64,000 bases of DNA, from the NCBI GenBank assembly GCA_001949185.1, contig BDGG01000004.1:3107267-3171266 (forward strand). The letters are read 5' to 3'. Shown piece after piece: positions 39,918-50,567 of this stretch (positions are counted from its first letter, which is position 1; each line of letters starts with the position of its first letter). This DNA is from Ramazzottius varieornatus. Taxonomy: Eukaryota > Animalia > Tardigrada. The notes below the pieces were generated by a model. That model was given only the letters and a program-made list of their open reading frames with translations. It did no database searches and was not told the origin of the DNA. A program made the translations under genes and the position numbers.

Positions 39918-40749
39918 CACATAGTCAGACGGTTGTGGATCGACTGAGGAGTGGAATTTGGAAGGAAGAACGGTTCACGAATCTCGGAATCAGCGCCGTA
40001 AGAAAAAACGTGAGCCCTGGACGCTCATGATCAAGCCTGAAAGCCACTAAAGTGAGTGTAGGCATGATACCCTACAAAGTCCTCTTATAGACTTATAGTA
40101 TAGTTATAGCCGATCGGCGTACAGCATTTCCGTCCCTTTCGTTCCGCCGTTGCCTCTGTTGTGGTTGTATCAAGTCAGCGTTGTACGATGGCGTACGTTT
40201 CTGTGCCAGCACGCACGGTGCACAGACAACACGGCCAACAATTTAGGGAAGTTGCGCTGAGAAGAAACCCACGGCTCAGCTTGCTAGACTGCTATATAAG
40301 TCAGCAGTTTGCGGCAGTATGGAAAGCTCTTCCGGGCACCAGTACAAACATTGCGAGCAAGTATCAGTCAGAGCGTTCAAACGATCAGTGCTATTCTACT
40401 ATGCAATTAAAATTATTAAAGTCACGTGCTAATATCAAGTCTACATCAAGTCTAGCTGACTGCAAGTACAATCAATTATGGCTGACGAGTTTCAATTATT
40501 AAAATTAATGTTCGATTTCCTATCATGGATCAATCAATCAAGCGAACACCAAGCCGCACAATTAAAACGATTTTAATCATTAAACTCGATTTCCTATTAT
40601 AATGATTAAAACAACACTGCAAACGATCTGTTACGAGCTCTTCTACGTCACCCTACACAGCCAACAGGCGTGCTGATACGTCACGATTTGAACAGCCAGT
40701 CAAAAACTGAGCCTAAAACAATCGGCTATACTTAGGGTACAATAAAGAG

Positions 40750-41345
40750 TACATGTGCTATATGACATGATAGTTGATATGACCATGTAGTATATGTAGT
40801 ACATATACTCTATATATATTTAGTATATGTAGTATGTATATTATGTATGGTACGTACGATGGACGATGCGAACCCAGGGATGGGCATGCTTCCTCGTATG
40901 ATATGTTAGTGTGATATGCCTGAAACTACTGGTATATGATGCTGCAGTATGTACCGTAATATGTGAGTATGTACCGTAAGGCAATCTTGGGAAGGGTATG
41001 CTCCGGCTTATGATATGTCCGTATGATATGCCTGAAACTACTGGCATATGACATTGTAGTAGGTACAGTATGTGTAGGAGACGAGGACAGGGATGGGTAT
41101 ACCCAACGTATGATATGACCTTGTGATATGCGTGAAGTAGTGGTATGGAACACTGCGTATGATGCGTATCGAAGAAGGTGAGGACGGGAAAGGGTAGAGC
41201 ACCGTATGATATGTGCTTCTGATATGGGTGATTAACAGGCACAGCGGTACACCAGGGTTGAACAGTGATAGAGAGCGGTTCCGATATGATAGGGTTATCT
41301 GATATGGTATAAGCGCTGCGACACCCAGTGATAGAGAGCGGTTTC
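40750..41345. repeat. (G)TATGATATG-rich low-complexity or degenerate satellite
   Basis: Many GTATGATATG/GTGATATG units. Longer duplications: TGATATGCCTGAAACTACTGG x2 and CAGTGATAGAGAGCGGTT x2 (41263, 41326). Confidence 0.7.
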
Positions 41346-41446
41346 CGAAACTACTTACGAAGGTATGGGAGACAAGTGAAGCTTGGTCATTTGTAACCGA
41401 CTAATGTTTTTTGTGAAGTTGCGGGTCACAATGAAGTGCCACTTAT

Positions 41447-41991
41447 GATGCCCCGTCCCATCTTGATGCGCCGATGTCGTTCGGAAATTGTTAGCGTGGG
41501 ATCAGCTAACAAGTTTGGAACTCCAAATACAGTTGGAATTCCAAAAAGATCTACCGAGCTTCAAACTGCGAAACCGCTAACGCTGCCCGTCGTCATTCCT
41601 CAAGCTGTGAATGTTCCTGTTGGAAATCCAACTTCGGTTGGAGTTCCAACTGAGTCCGCAGTAAATCATCCCAAGACCTACTACCACGCGCATCGAGATA
41701 AGACTCGAGCGGCCAACTACATCCGTGCCACTCAGAAGTTCGTGACTTGGCGCGACAGCAGAAAAAGCAGACGTAGTTAACTCGGGAACAAGAGGACAAC
41801 GAGCGAAACTTCGTACGACTTCGTGAAAAGCGAGAGTTGGAAGACAAGCGAGCAAGAGAAGACAGAGATGTCGCAGATAGGTATGCTGCGGAAGACAGTC
41901 GTCGTGTTCTCGATCGTAAGCAAGAAGACTTAGATTTCGAGCAGCGAGCTCCTGACTACTGCGCCATGTATCGTGGTAAAGATCTTGTTTA
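41447..41991 (+). pseudogene. Disrupted passenger ORF convergent with the hAT transposase (Pro/Thr-rich N-part, charged coiled-coil C-part)
   Basis: ORF 41436-41780 contains VGIPK, VGNPT and VGVPT encoded by the palindromes. After a frameshift/stop another frame continues TREQEDNERNFVRLREKRELEDKRAREDRDVADRYAAEDSRRVLDRKQEDLDFEQR...LV*. Confidence 0.4.
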
Positions 41992-44902
41992 GAGTTTCTC
42001 TACTGGTTTAATCACAGTACGGGACGCGATTCTGCCCGGTCGGTCTTAGCATTACTGTATGGCTGATTGATGGTAGTCCTGTTCAGTCGAAACCTGCCCT
42101 GGTAAACGTTAGTACGGTACGGTTGTGGCCACGGAACAAGTCAAGTGTTATGCCCCTTGGCTTTTGGTTTCCATGTTTGATTGTTAGATGGCCCATAACT
42201 CTGTCGTGTTGACGACCGGACAGAATCGTGTCCTACAGTGTAAGTCCCTTCAGTTTTTCCTGTAGCACTTATGGCTCTTTGGTGTCACCGTTGATGCAGT
42301 ATTTTTGACGGTCTTTCTTTTTTTAATAAATACAACGGTAAATCGAAATTAAAGTAGAAAAATAACATTGGTGCGATGGAATAACACAGGATGGAATAGT
42401 TCATTGTACAGTAATAATTAGTAGTGGTTGGAATTCCAACGGTTCGAGATCCAACATCTTTCAGCAACAGTAATATTTAGCAGTTCGTCTAACAACAACT
42501 TTCTGTTCCAATCTTTCACCACCAAGTCGATTCTTTTTACCGGCTGTAGCATCACCTGCTGTCGAAAACAGTCTTTCCGATGGCGCCGAAGAGCATTGTA
42601 TTACCAGAACATCCAAAGCGAAAGCACTCAGCTCAGGATACTCGGGTGTGTTTTTTGTAACCAGAATTTGCTTGGTTCGCTCTTCTGTGAGAAGGCGGCT
42701 GCAGTTGTTGAGAGTATGTAAGAGTATAACTGACGTTCTATAGGCAACTGCTGTTGTTCTGCTGTAGTATTCACTAGAGCACGAGCCAGAAGTTCCGTGA
42801 GGTACGAAAACTCGTCGTCGTCACCGACGACCTTGGACTGAGGTTGATCGTGATCTAGAAACAAAGACGATGATTTGGAATTCCAACATTTGGAACTCCA
42901 AAGAGAGTTTAGTCACCTGTATTCGTGGAACCACAAGAATCATCGTTGAAAGTCGAATTCCACTTTTTGTCGTACTGCAGAACACCTTTCATTGCAATGG
43001 TTTGCTCCTTCTCCGTCAGAAGTCGGCGTAGCGCTGGATGTAACAGAGTTGCTACCATCATGATGGGTTCGAACATTAAGTGTTCAGGGTTCAACCATAC
43101 ACCGAAGCGTACCACCATGTCGACTTGCATCTCTACATAGAAAGGATTAGATAGTGCTGTTTTGATTCGTTATCGAGAATTACATACTTCTAATCAGCGG
43201 GAAAAAGGGATCCGCAATTCCATAGGAGCCCAGGTCTAACTCTTCAGCCAAAGTCTCCATATGGGATAGATGAGCCACAATGTCTTTCAGATGCGGTATG
43301 ATTTTATGGATGGTGCTTTCCTTTTCAGCTTGCATTCGAACCGTAATCTGAGAAGTACAGCATGTTTCCGTTGGATTTCCAACAGTTGGAAATCCAACAA
43401 TTTGCGATGTTCACTTACCAGCTTGAACTTGCAAAGGAACTTGACAATTCCTTTCAGCACTAGCCATTCACCTTGAGATAAGTTAGGTACTTTGACTAGT
43501 TTCTCAACCAAGATTATCGTTTCTACAGCAGCCTGAATTTTGACCATTCTTTCCGCCATCAGAAGAGTGCTGGACCATCGTGTCTTGTTGTCTGAGATGA
43601 GCTTCAGACTGCCAGTCCGCGCCATAAGTGCAGCGACGGCGGTGTGAGAATGGCCGAAGCTATTTACAATCGCGCGAACTTTCGCCATGACATCCTCGAT
43701 CGGTGGACTCTTCTCGAACAACTTGACCACGAGCTGTAGAGTGTGCAAGAAGCGCGGATATCGGGAGTACTCGGTGAAAAGGTTTGAAGCTTCCAGCTCG
43801 AAAGCATCAACCTCTGCCGCCATCTCATCAACTTCCTCGTCGTCTTCCAGTGGTTCCTCCTCATCCAGCATACGCTGGACCATCGCTTCTTCTATCACCT
43901 GCAACTCGTCTTCTTCCGTAATACATTCTTCTAACTTCTTATCGTACAGCTTGAATGCGGCAATCATGTTGGATGCGTTGTCCGTCCTGACGACTGATAC
44001 TTTTTCTGGATTGATACCCCATTTCTCCAGTTCTTGTTTGAAGAGTTCGTACACATTCTTGGCTTTATGTGGGGGCGGAAATGAGACACAGCTCAGGTAG
44101 AGGTGGTGCCTTACATGGGTATTCTTGTTCGCAAAGTGTGCTGTGATTCCAAAGAACGCTTCGGTCATCCCCTTCTTCGTCCAGATATCTGGAAAACGAC
44201 ATGTTGGAGGTCCAACAGTCGGAATTCCAACGTGAACAGTGAAACTGTTTCAGACCTGTTGTAAAGCCGATTCTTCCTGCATTCTTCAATAAATCTTTGA
44301 TATTTTGACGAAGCTGTCGTTCGATAGAATCCATAGATGCACGTACGAGCTTCGACGTGGGATTTGGCGCCCTGGGGTCCAAATGGTAAATCAGATCTTT
44401 GAAGCTATCATCTTCGACTCCATTGATAGTCATTGACGGTGATCGCAGAACGTAAAGGCCAAATTTTTTCAGAATGCTGTCATACCTGCAAGTGTAAAGA
44501 CCGGTAAACCATTGTAAAGAACGATAAGCTTATTCATGTATAGAGATTTGGATTTGAACAATGCGCTTGCCGTCGATTCTCCTTGCTGTATGGTTTTCTT
44601 GCTTGGGCCATCTCTGCCAACGTCGTCTGGTGATGTTTTTCGCCGCCCTTCTCCTTCTGAGCTTTCTGCTTCTCACACATCGCTAGAAACTCGTTGTTGG
44701 CCACTGGGTGCTTCATCAGATGAAGCCGATCGTTTCCTGTGTTCATTCCTTTACGCTTGGTCGAGCATCCTTCCGCGAGACAGACCGACTTATCCTCCAA
44801 CTCATGATGTCTGAAAAAGGTCCATATCGGTGAATCTTTCGGCCTTCCTGCTCCTGACTTCTTTGTCTTGACAGTTGGAGCTCCAACAGTTGGATCTCCA
44901 AC
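41514..44902. repeat. Dispersed doublets of the 14-bp palindrome GTTGGA-NN-TCCAAC (14 copies)
   Basis: Copy starts: 41514/41532, 41619/41637, 42427/42442, 42874/42889, 43370/43385, 44203/44218, 44874/44889. Confidence 0.9.
42013..42240. mobile_element. ~228 bp MITE with ~30 bp imperfect CAC-terminated TIRs
   Basis: Left end CACAGTACGGGACGCGATTCTGCCCGGTCG versus reverse complement of the right end CACTGTAGGACACGATTCTGTCCGGTCG. Confidence 0.65.
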
Positions 44903-45082
44903 GCACGTGTCGCTCGCGGTAGTTGGAGAAGGCGAAGGGGGAGAATTTTCCGCCGGTCCGGTCAAGTCGACCGTCGTCCCAGGCTGAGTCCTCCTCTCCT
45001 TTATAGCCTGCTTCTTCGGCTTGGTGGAGCTTGGCCCTGTCTGACTTTTTCGCTTCTGACTATTTTTCGTGGGATTGGTCAT
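42461..45082 (-). mobile_element. hAT-superfamily transposase gene with BED zinc finger, 5 introns, nearly intact (one frameshift)
   Basis: BED finger SPIWTFF...CLAEGC...NTGNDRLHLMKHP; catalytic TTDIWT and RTDNASNM; FLHTLQLVV; TRWSSTLLMAERM; ATLLHP; dimerisation domain FW...YPELSAFALDVLVIQCSSAPSERLFSTAG...NRL. A -1 frameshift lies in the T6 run at ~42651. Confidence 0.92.
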
Positions 45083-45513
45083 GGCTGATGCTAAAATTAT
45101 GTGGCCGAGGACCAATAATACCAATTGAAGTACGAACGGTAGGAAAAGAAGAGCAAACTGCGAGTCCTAAATCAAGTCGAATAATCAATGCACCAACTTC
45201 ACGGTATGAGGTAGATTGCGTAATCGAGTACGTCAATTTGACTGAGGCTGAAATTTAAAATCAGCGCTCCGTATCCATCTCTTGTACTGATTAACCAGCT
45301 CTCGTCCGGGATAATATTTACCAAGGGATTTTCGTGGTACAATTCACTGTGGATTTGCTAGGCATCTTGTCATAATTAAAATTCGAAGCCCAGCTCTTCC
45401 AAATTTTAATTATTTTAATTGCTGCAAGTACGGATTTTAATTACCTATTTTACTATTGACTTCTGGGTCTAATTTTACTGTAATTTTACTATATAGTAAA
45501 ATTCGTCGTCTCG

Positions 45514-48500
45514 ATGACTCCAGCATCGCAGGCCACTGTACCTGTTACTCGGTCCCGCGGCAAAGCTGGCGTGAAGCGAAAGGTTGCGCATCGTCCATCC
45601 TCTGGACAGCGCGAACAAACTCAAGTCGCTGAAGGATCCAATACGAAAAACTGGAAGATAAGTTCGACCAAGTCCTCACTGCGCTTACTACCCTCATTAG
45701 TCAGGTGAGTGCGTCCCTCGGTGCCGATAAACAAACAGTGGCGCCACCCGAGACTACAGCTACTGTTTCCGATGGTGTGTCTCCCTCATCAGTTGCAAGG
45801 TCCGTACGTCAGCCGGTGGAGACGATTGCTATCTCAAATTCACCTACGGTTATCGTAGTCATTTCGAAGCTCGCTGAACCGGATCGTTCTTTCCATTTTG
45901 AGCCAATTTCTGACGCCACTGACAAACTTATGCAGGACCGCCGCGCATTCGTTAATCTTGGGTTGATCCTACCGCAGAAGTATGACCTGGACGTGTCCTC
46001 TGACGTTGATTCTGTCCTCAGCAATTTTGCTGGCGCTCTACAAAAGTACGCGGGTAAGGATCGGAAACGAAAGATCGACAGTTTCACTACCTGGTTGGAT
46101 GCCTTCATCATTTCATCAAACTTGTGGCTTGAGTACGATCAACGTTCCCGAATGATAATGAAGCATGCTGGTTCGACTGATCTCGAATGGCGTCGAGAAG
46201 ACCCGGACCTCAAAGCCGCGGTGGTTCGTGGTAACACCCGGGTGGTACTACCAACCTCGCACGTTTCCAGAGAGACCAAGTGCTACAACTGCAGTCAGTA
46301 CGGTCACATCGCTGTTGGTTAGGAGTAACTATAGAGCTCGTTTACGAACAGATATGCATGCATTCGTTGGAATGATGGTAGTTGTAGCGAACCTTGTTTA
46401 CAACGTCAAAGTCACATTTGCGATAGATGTATGCAGAAGGGCCACCGACGTGATACCTGTCCCGATAATGATACTGGGTAAAGTCTTCATCTCTTTGACA
46501 CTCGAACGCTTTGCTTTAGTGTTAAAAGAATACCCCGATCAGGATTTCGTTACGTACTTTGTGGATGGGTTGACAAATGGATTTCACATTGGTTATCGCG
46601 GTCCTGAGTTTCCTCGCGAAACGCCAAACGTTCGAACAGCATTCGACTACATCCACATACTCAGGAAATATGTCGCCAAGGCGACTGCCGGCAAGCATAC
46701 AGTAGGACCTTTTGATGAGCCGCCGTTCGCAAATAGTGTCGTTTCTTCTATTGGAGTGCGAGTGAACAAGGACAGTGCTTCGCGCTTGATAATGGACCTA
46801 CCACGTCCCGAAAAGCAATCCGTCAATGACTTCGTGACTCGGGCCGACTGAAGTCTCACTATCATTGGGGTGGACGACGCTATTCGGGTTCTGAGCGAAT
46901 ATGGCCCGGGTGCCCTGATGGCAAAATTAGACCTTAAGGGAGCGTTCAGACTCATCCGGTTCACATGAATGACTGGCATTACATATGTTTTAAGATGGAT
47001 GGGAAGTATTTCGACGTGGTTCTACCTTTCGAGGCACGTTTTTCACCAGCATTGTTTGACGACATGTCTAAGCTGCTTTAGTAATTCGCCAGACAATATG
47101 GTCACGCCAAACATATTACATTATATTGATGATTTTTGGTGGGCTGGTCCACCTGACGATCCTGAGTGTCAGCGAGTTCTTAATCTCTTTCGTTATTTCT
47201 GCAACTATCTGGAGGTGTCAATGGCCGAAGAAAAAACTGACAGTCCTACCACGAAGCTAGCGTTTCTCGGCATAGAACTCGACACCGTCAATCAAATGAT
47301 AGCTGTTCCAGAAGGCAAAGGAGTTAATGGATGAGCTGACCGTTTTCCATCGGGAACCTGGTGCAACGAAGAACGAGCTCCAGAGTTTGATTGGTAAACT
47401 CAGCTTCGCCACTAAATGTTTGCCAGCTGGTCGAATGTTTGCCAGCTGGTCGAATGTTTGCCAGCTGGTCGAATGTTTGCCAGCTGGTCGAATGTGTTCT
47501 TCAAGTTGACTAAGGATTTCAAGCTAGACATAAAGTGGTGGCAGAGGTTCTTACCCGGGTGGAATGGGACATGCATTTTTCTTCAACCTGATGAAACGTC
47601 AGCAACGTCGATGCATTTGTTTACAGATGCAGCTGAATTTATTGGCTGTGTCTGGATTGGCTGTGTCTGGAAACGAGTGATTTTTCTTGCCGTGGCTTAG
47701 TGAGACCCAACTTCCCATTGCTTTATTCGAAATGTTGCCAGTTTATATAGCTTGTGTTGTTTGGGGGTAAACTGGCAAAGGTAAAGGCTATTGTTCCATT
47801 CGGACAATATGGCTGTGGTCTCGGCGTGGTGGAAACTGTCAACTCCGCATAATGGCATCATGGAGTTGATACGTCAGATGCAGTTCACAGCAGCTACGAA
47901 TAATTTCAACTTACGCATCACATATATAGCCAGATAACTCAACTGCGGATTCCGTCTCTGGATGCAATTGGGAACAGTTCCGATCACTACACCCGACAGC
48001 CCTAGAACAGCCAGTGAAAGTCGAATGCGATCTCGATTTTCTGAAACGAGCACTGCAGTCCAATCATGTTCCGCGGTCAGAGGACACGACAGTGTTTCGC
48101 GATGGCTCGCAGATAGACACCTTGTAGCTTCCACCCGAAGAGTATACAATGTTGGACTACGACACTACTTGTCTTTCTGCTTGAAATACTCCGAAGGTTT
48201 CATTCCTTCAACTAAAGAAACCATCCAGCGATTTGCTGCTCATCTGTACTGTAAAGGGGCTGAGTCTGGTAGCTGCAAAAGTATACATCTCTTCGGTACG
48301 ATCGCAACATGTAATAGAGGGGTACGGAGACCCCTCAACAGATGATGTGAGACTCAGAATGACCATGAAAGGTTGGAATCGATCTGCAGTCGATCAACAC
48401 AGCAGCAGAGAACCCGTCACAAACGACGTACTAAGGAAACTGAAAGACCTGTTACGCGACTCTTCTGAGTTTTCTCGACAAGCACATGTTATGGTCAGCA

Positions 48501-48981
48501 TGTACTTCTTCGCGTTCATGAGAGTTACGGAGTTTACTCATGTGGACGGTGCGTGTGGACTTACCATTGGAAACATCGCGTATACGAAAGATTTCCTCAG
48601 AGTTCGTATGAAGTCAACAAAAACTTCACAATTGAGCGAAGTGATAATTGAAGTACCTGCAACGGGACGTTCCTGTTGTGCAGTACGCGCGTACGGTAAC
48701 TACCTTAAAGTGAGCAAGATTTTGTCACAAGATTAATGTTCGTGTTCGAAAACGCAGCGCCACTAACCCGCCAAAGGCTCAACGAGTTCCACTTGTCATT
48801 TCTGGGCATCAAGTTCAAATCACGCAGTTTTCGGATGGGTGCTGCTACTACGGCCTCTCACTGTGGAGTACCTATCGACCAAGTTCGAGTGCTTGGAAGA
48901 TGGAAGAGTAATTGTTATGATATTGATGTAAAGCAAGATTTACAGCAGAAGGCGAAGTGGTTAGCACGTATGGCGAGGTAG
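45514..48981 (+). mobile_element. Decayed DIRS/Ngaro-type tyrosine-recombinase retrotransposon (gag, RT, RNase H, YR)
   Basis: Gag zinc knuckle CYNCSQYGHIA; RT motifs GLTNGFHIGY, GPFDEPPF, RLIMDL, MAKLDLKGAFRLI, HYIDDF, FLGIELDT; RNase H LFTDAA and FHSDNMAVV; YR motifs FFAFMRVTEF, KSTKT, SRSFRMGAATTA, LGRWKS. Multiple stops and frameshifts. Confidence 0.92.
47416..47495 (+). repeat. 19-bp tandem repeat x4 (AATGTTTGCCAGCTGGTCG)
   Basis: Four perfect copies inside the retroelement pol region. A 15-bp duplication ATTGGCTGTGTCTGG follows at 47641-47670. Confidence 0.95.
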
Positions 48982-50567
48982 GGTTTCGCGTCTATGGGGT
49001 AGTTGTTTGAGGGGTACGACGCGAAATGAGTGTGGCGGAGTATTCTGCCCAGCTCGGCCCAGTAACTGCTCTCAGTTACCCCATATGAGTTCGGTTCGTG
49101 ATAGTTCCTGTGGTGCATTAATGAAGAGAATAGCTGTAAACGTGTTATTATATTTTGCATTTACATTACAACTTCCCGGCGGTTGTAATGTCGTTTAAAA
49201 GTGTAATTGTCATGTAAAATGTAGTGTAATGTAAAATGTAATGCTCATCATTATCGCTTACTGAATCGAGGCTAAACAGCGCCCATCATTGAAACCGTTA
49301 CACCAAATATGACTGTAATAGAGCGTAGTCTTATAAATTCACAGTTAACATAATATTCATCAGACCATATGGTATGGTATAGCATATGGAATGTCATATC
49401 CTGTGATATGCCATATCATGTTGTATCGAGTGGTATGCTGTATGACATGGTTATCTAATTTCCTGACGTACGCCCGTACTACGCAGCAGACGACGGGAAG
49501 GATATACAGTATGCAAAAGCTCAGCTAATCAGACTATACTCGGCTCGACATCTAATTAAATCTTCACAACAGGGTCGAGTGTGGCTGATGGGCTGCGACT
49601 GCTTAGAACCGTAGTAAAACAGATTCAAAACAGATCGTTGCGACGGAATCGGCAAATTGACTCTAAGGTAGATAGTATGCTAGCGTTGAGAAACGACTGC
49701 TATGGAGCAGCCGTCTGAAGCTCTTAAGCCGGATTTTTACATCCAGATCTCACATTCCGGTGACACAAAACTTCCACTGAACCTGAACGCCGGATTTTGA
49801 CTGACTGACTAGTGCGAGACTGACTAGCGTGAGTCATAAATTTTTCTTCCAAATGAAATTCGCATTTGCATTGGAACCGATCTCATCCCTTTCAGACATC
49901 CGAGAAACTACTCTTGTTCTTTGTACAGTAATACCAGCGACATAAGGCAATCGCTTCTTTCCGAGACAAGCATTCTGTGCATGGGCTGGCTCGCTAAATT
50001 TCGTGGTAAGCACAAGCTGAAAGCGTGTTGTGGAAAATAACACACAAAAGGTCCACGCCTTAAAACTTATTGAACCCCCTACGCAACACTGATCTCATTC
50101 CATTACGAGCAAACCGGGATGCAAACTTTTCATCCGAATATGACAACTCTAAAGCCGTGTCTACACTGGTCACCCACTGAAACAGCCGCATGACTTGCCA
50201 TATTAGAAACTCTACTTTCGTCTTCAATCACTACCGCTTTGCCATTAGCACGATTTTCGGTCGATTTCATGTCCTTCAGTCGTAGTTGGAAGAAACATTC
50301 GCAACCGGAATTTATCCTTAGGTGCAAAAGGTTTTTGGCCGGGAAAAGATTTTCTCTACAGTTTTGCACCCAGATGATATACTGTGATGCTTCATGAACT
50401 TCGCGAAGCACGTCATCATACGCGTGAAACATCCTTAGGGGTTGATACGGCAGAATTTTCGGACCGGGGTTCAACTGTAAGCATATGGTGACGTGTTTCG
50501 CGAAGTTCATGAAGCATTACAGTACTCATCAGACCATATGATATGAGTTCACACGTGCATTTCACTT

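Noticed and set aside
40841-41242. His/Tyr-rich 133 aa ORF
   Set aside because: Translation artefact of the TATGATATG-rich repeat.
41263-41343. CAGTGATAGAGA x2 resembles half of the tetO operator (vector contamination)
   Set aside because: Only 12 of 19 bp match, the palindromic other half is missing and there is no other vector sequence.
41514-44902. Palindromic repeats as a CRISPR array
   Set aside because: Units are 14 bp, occur as pairs hundreds of bp apart, and lie in a eukaryotic transposon with no cas genes.
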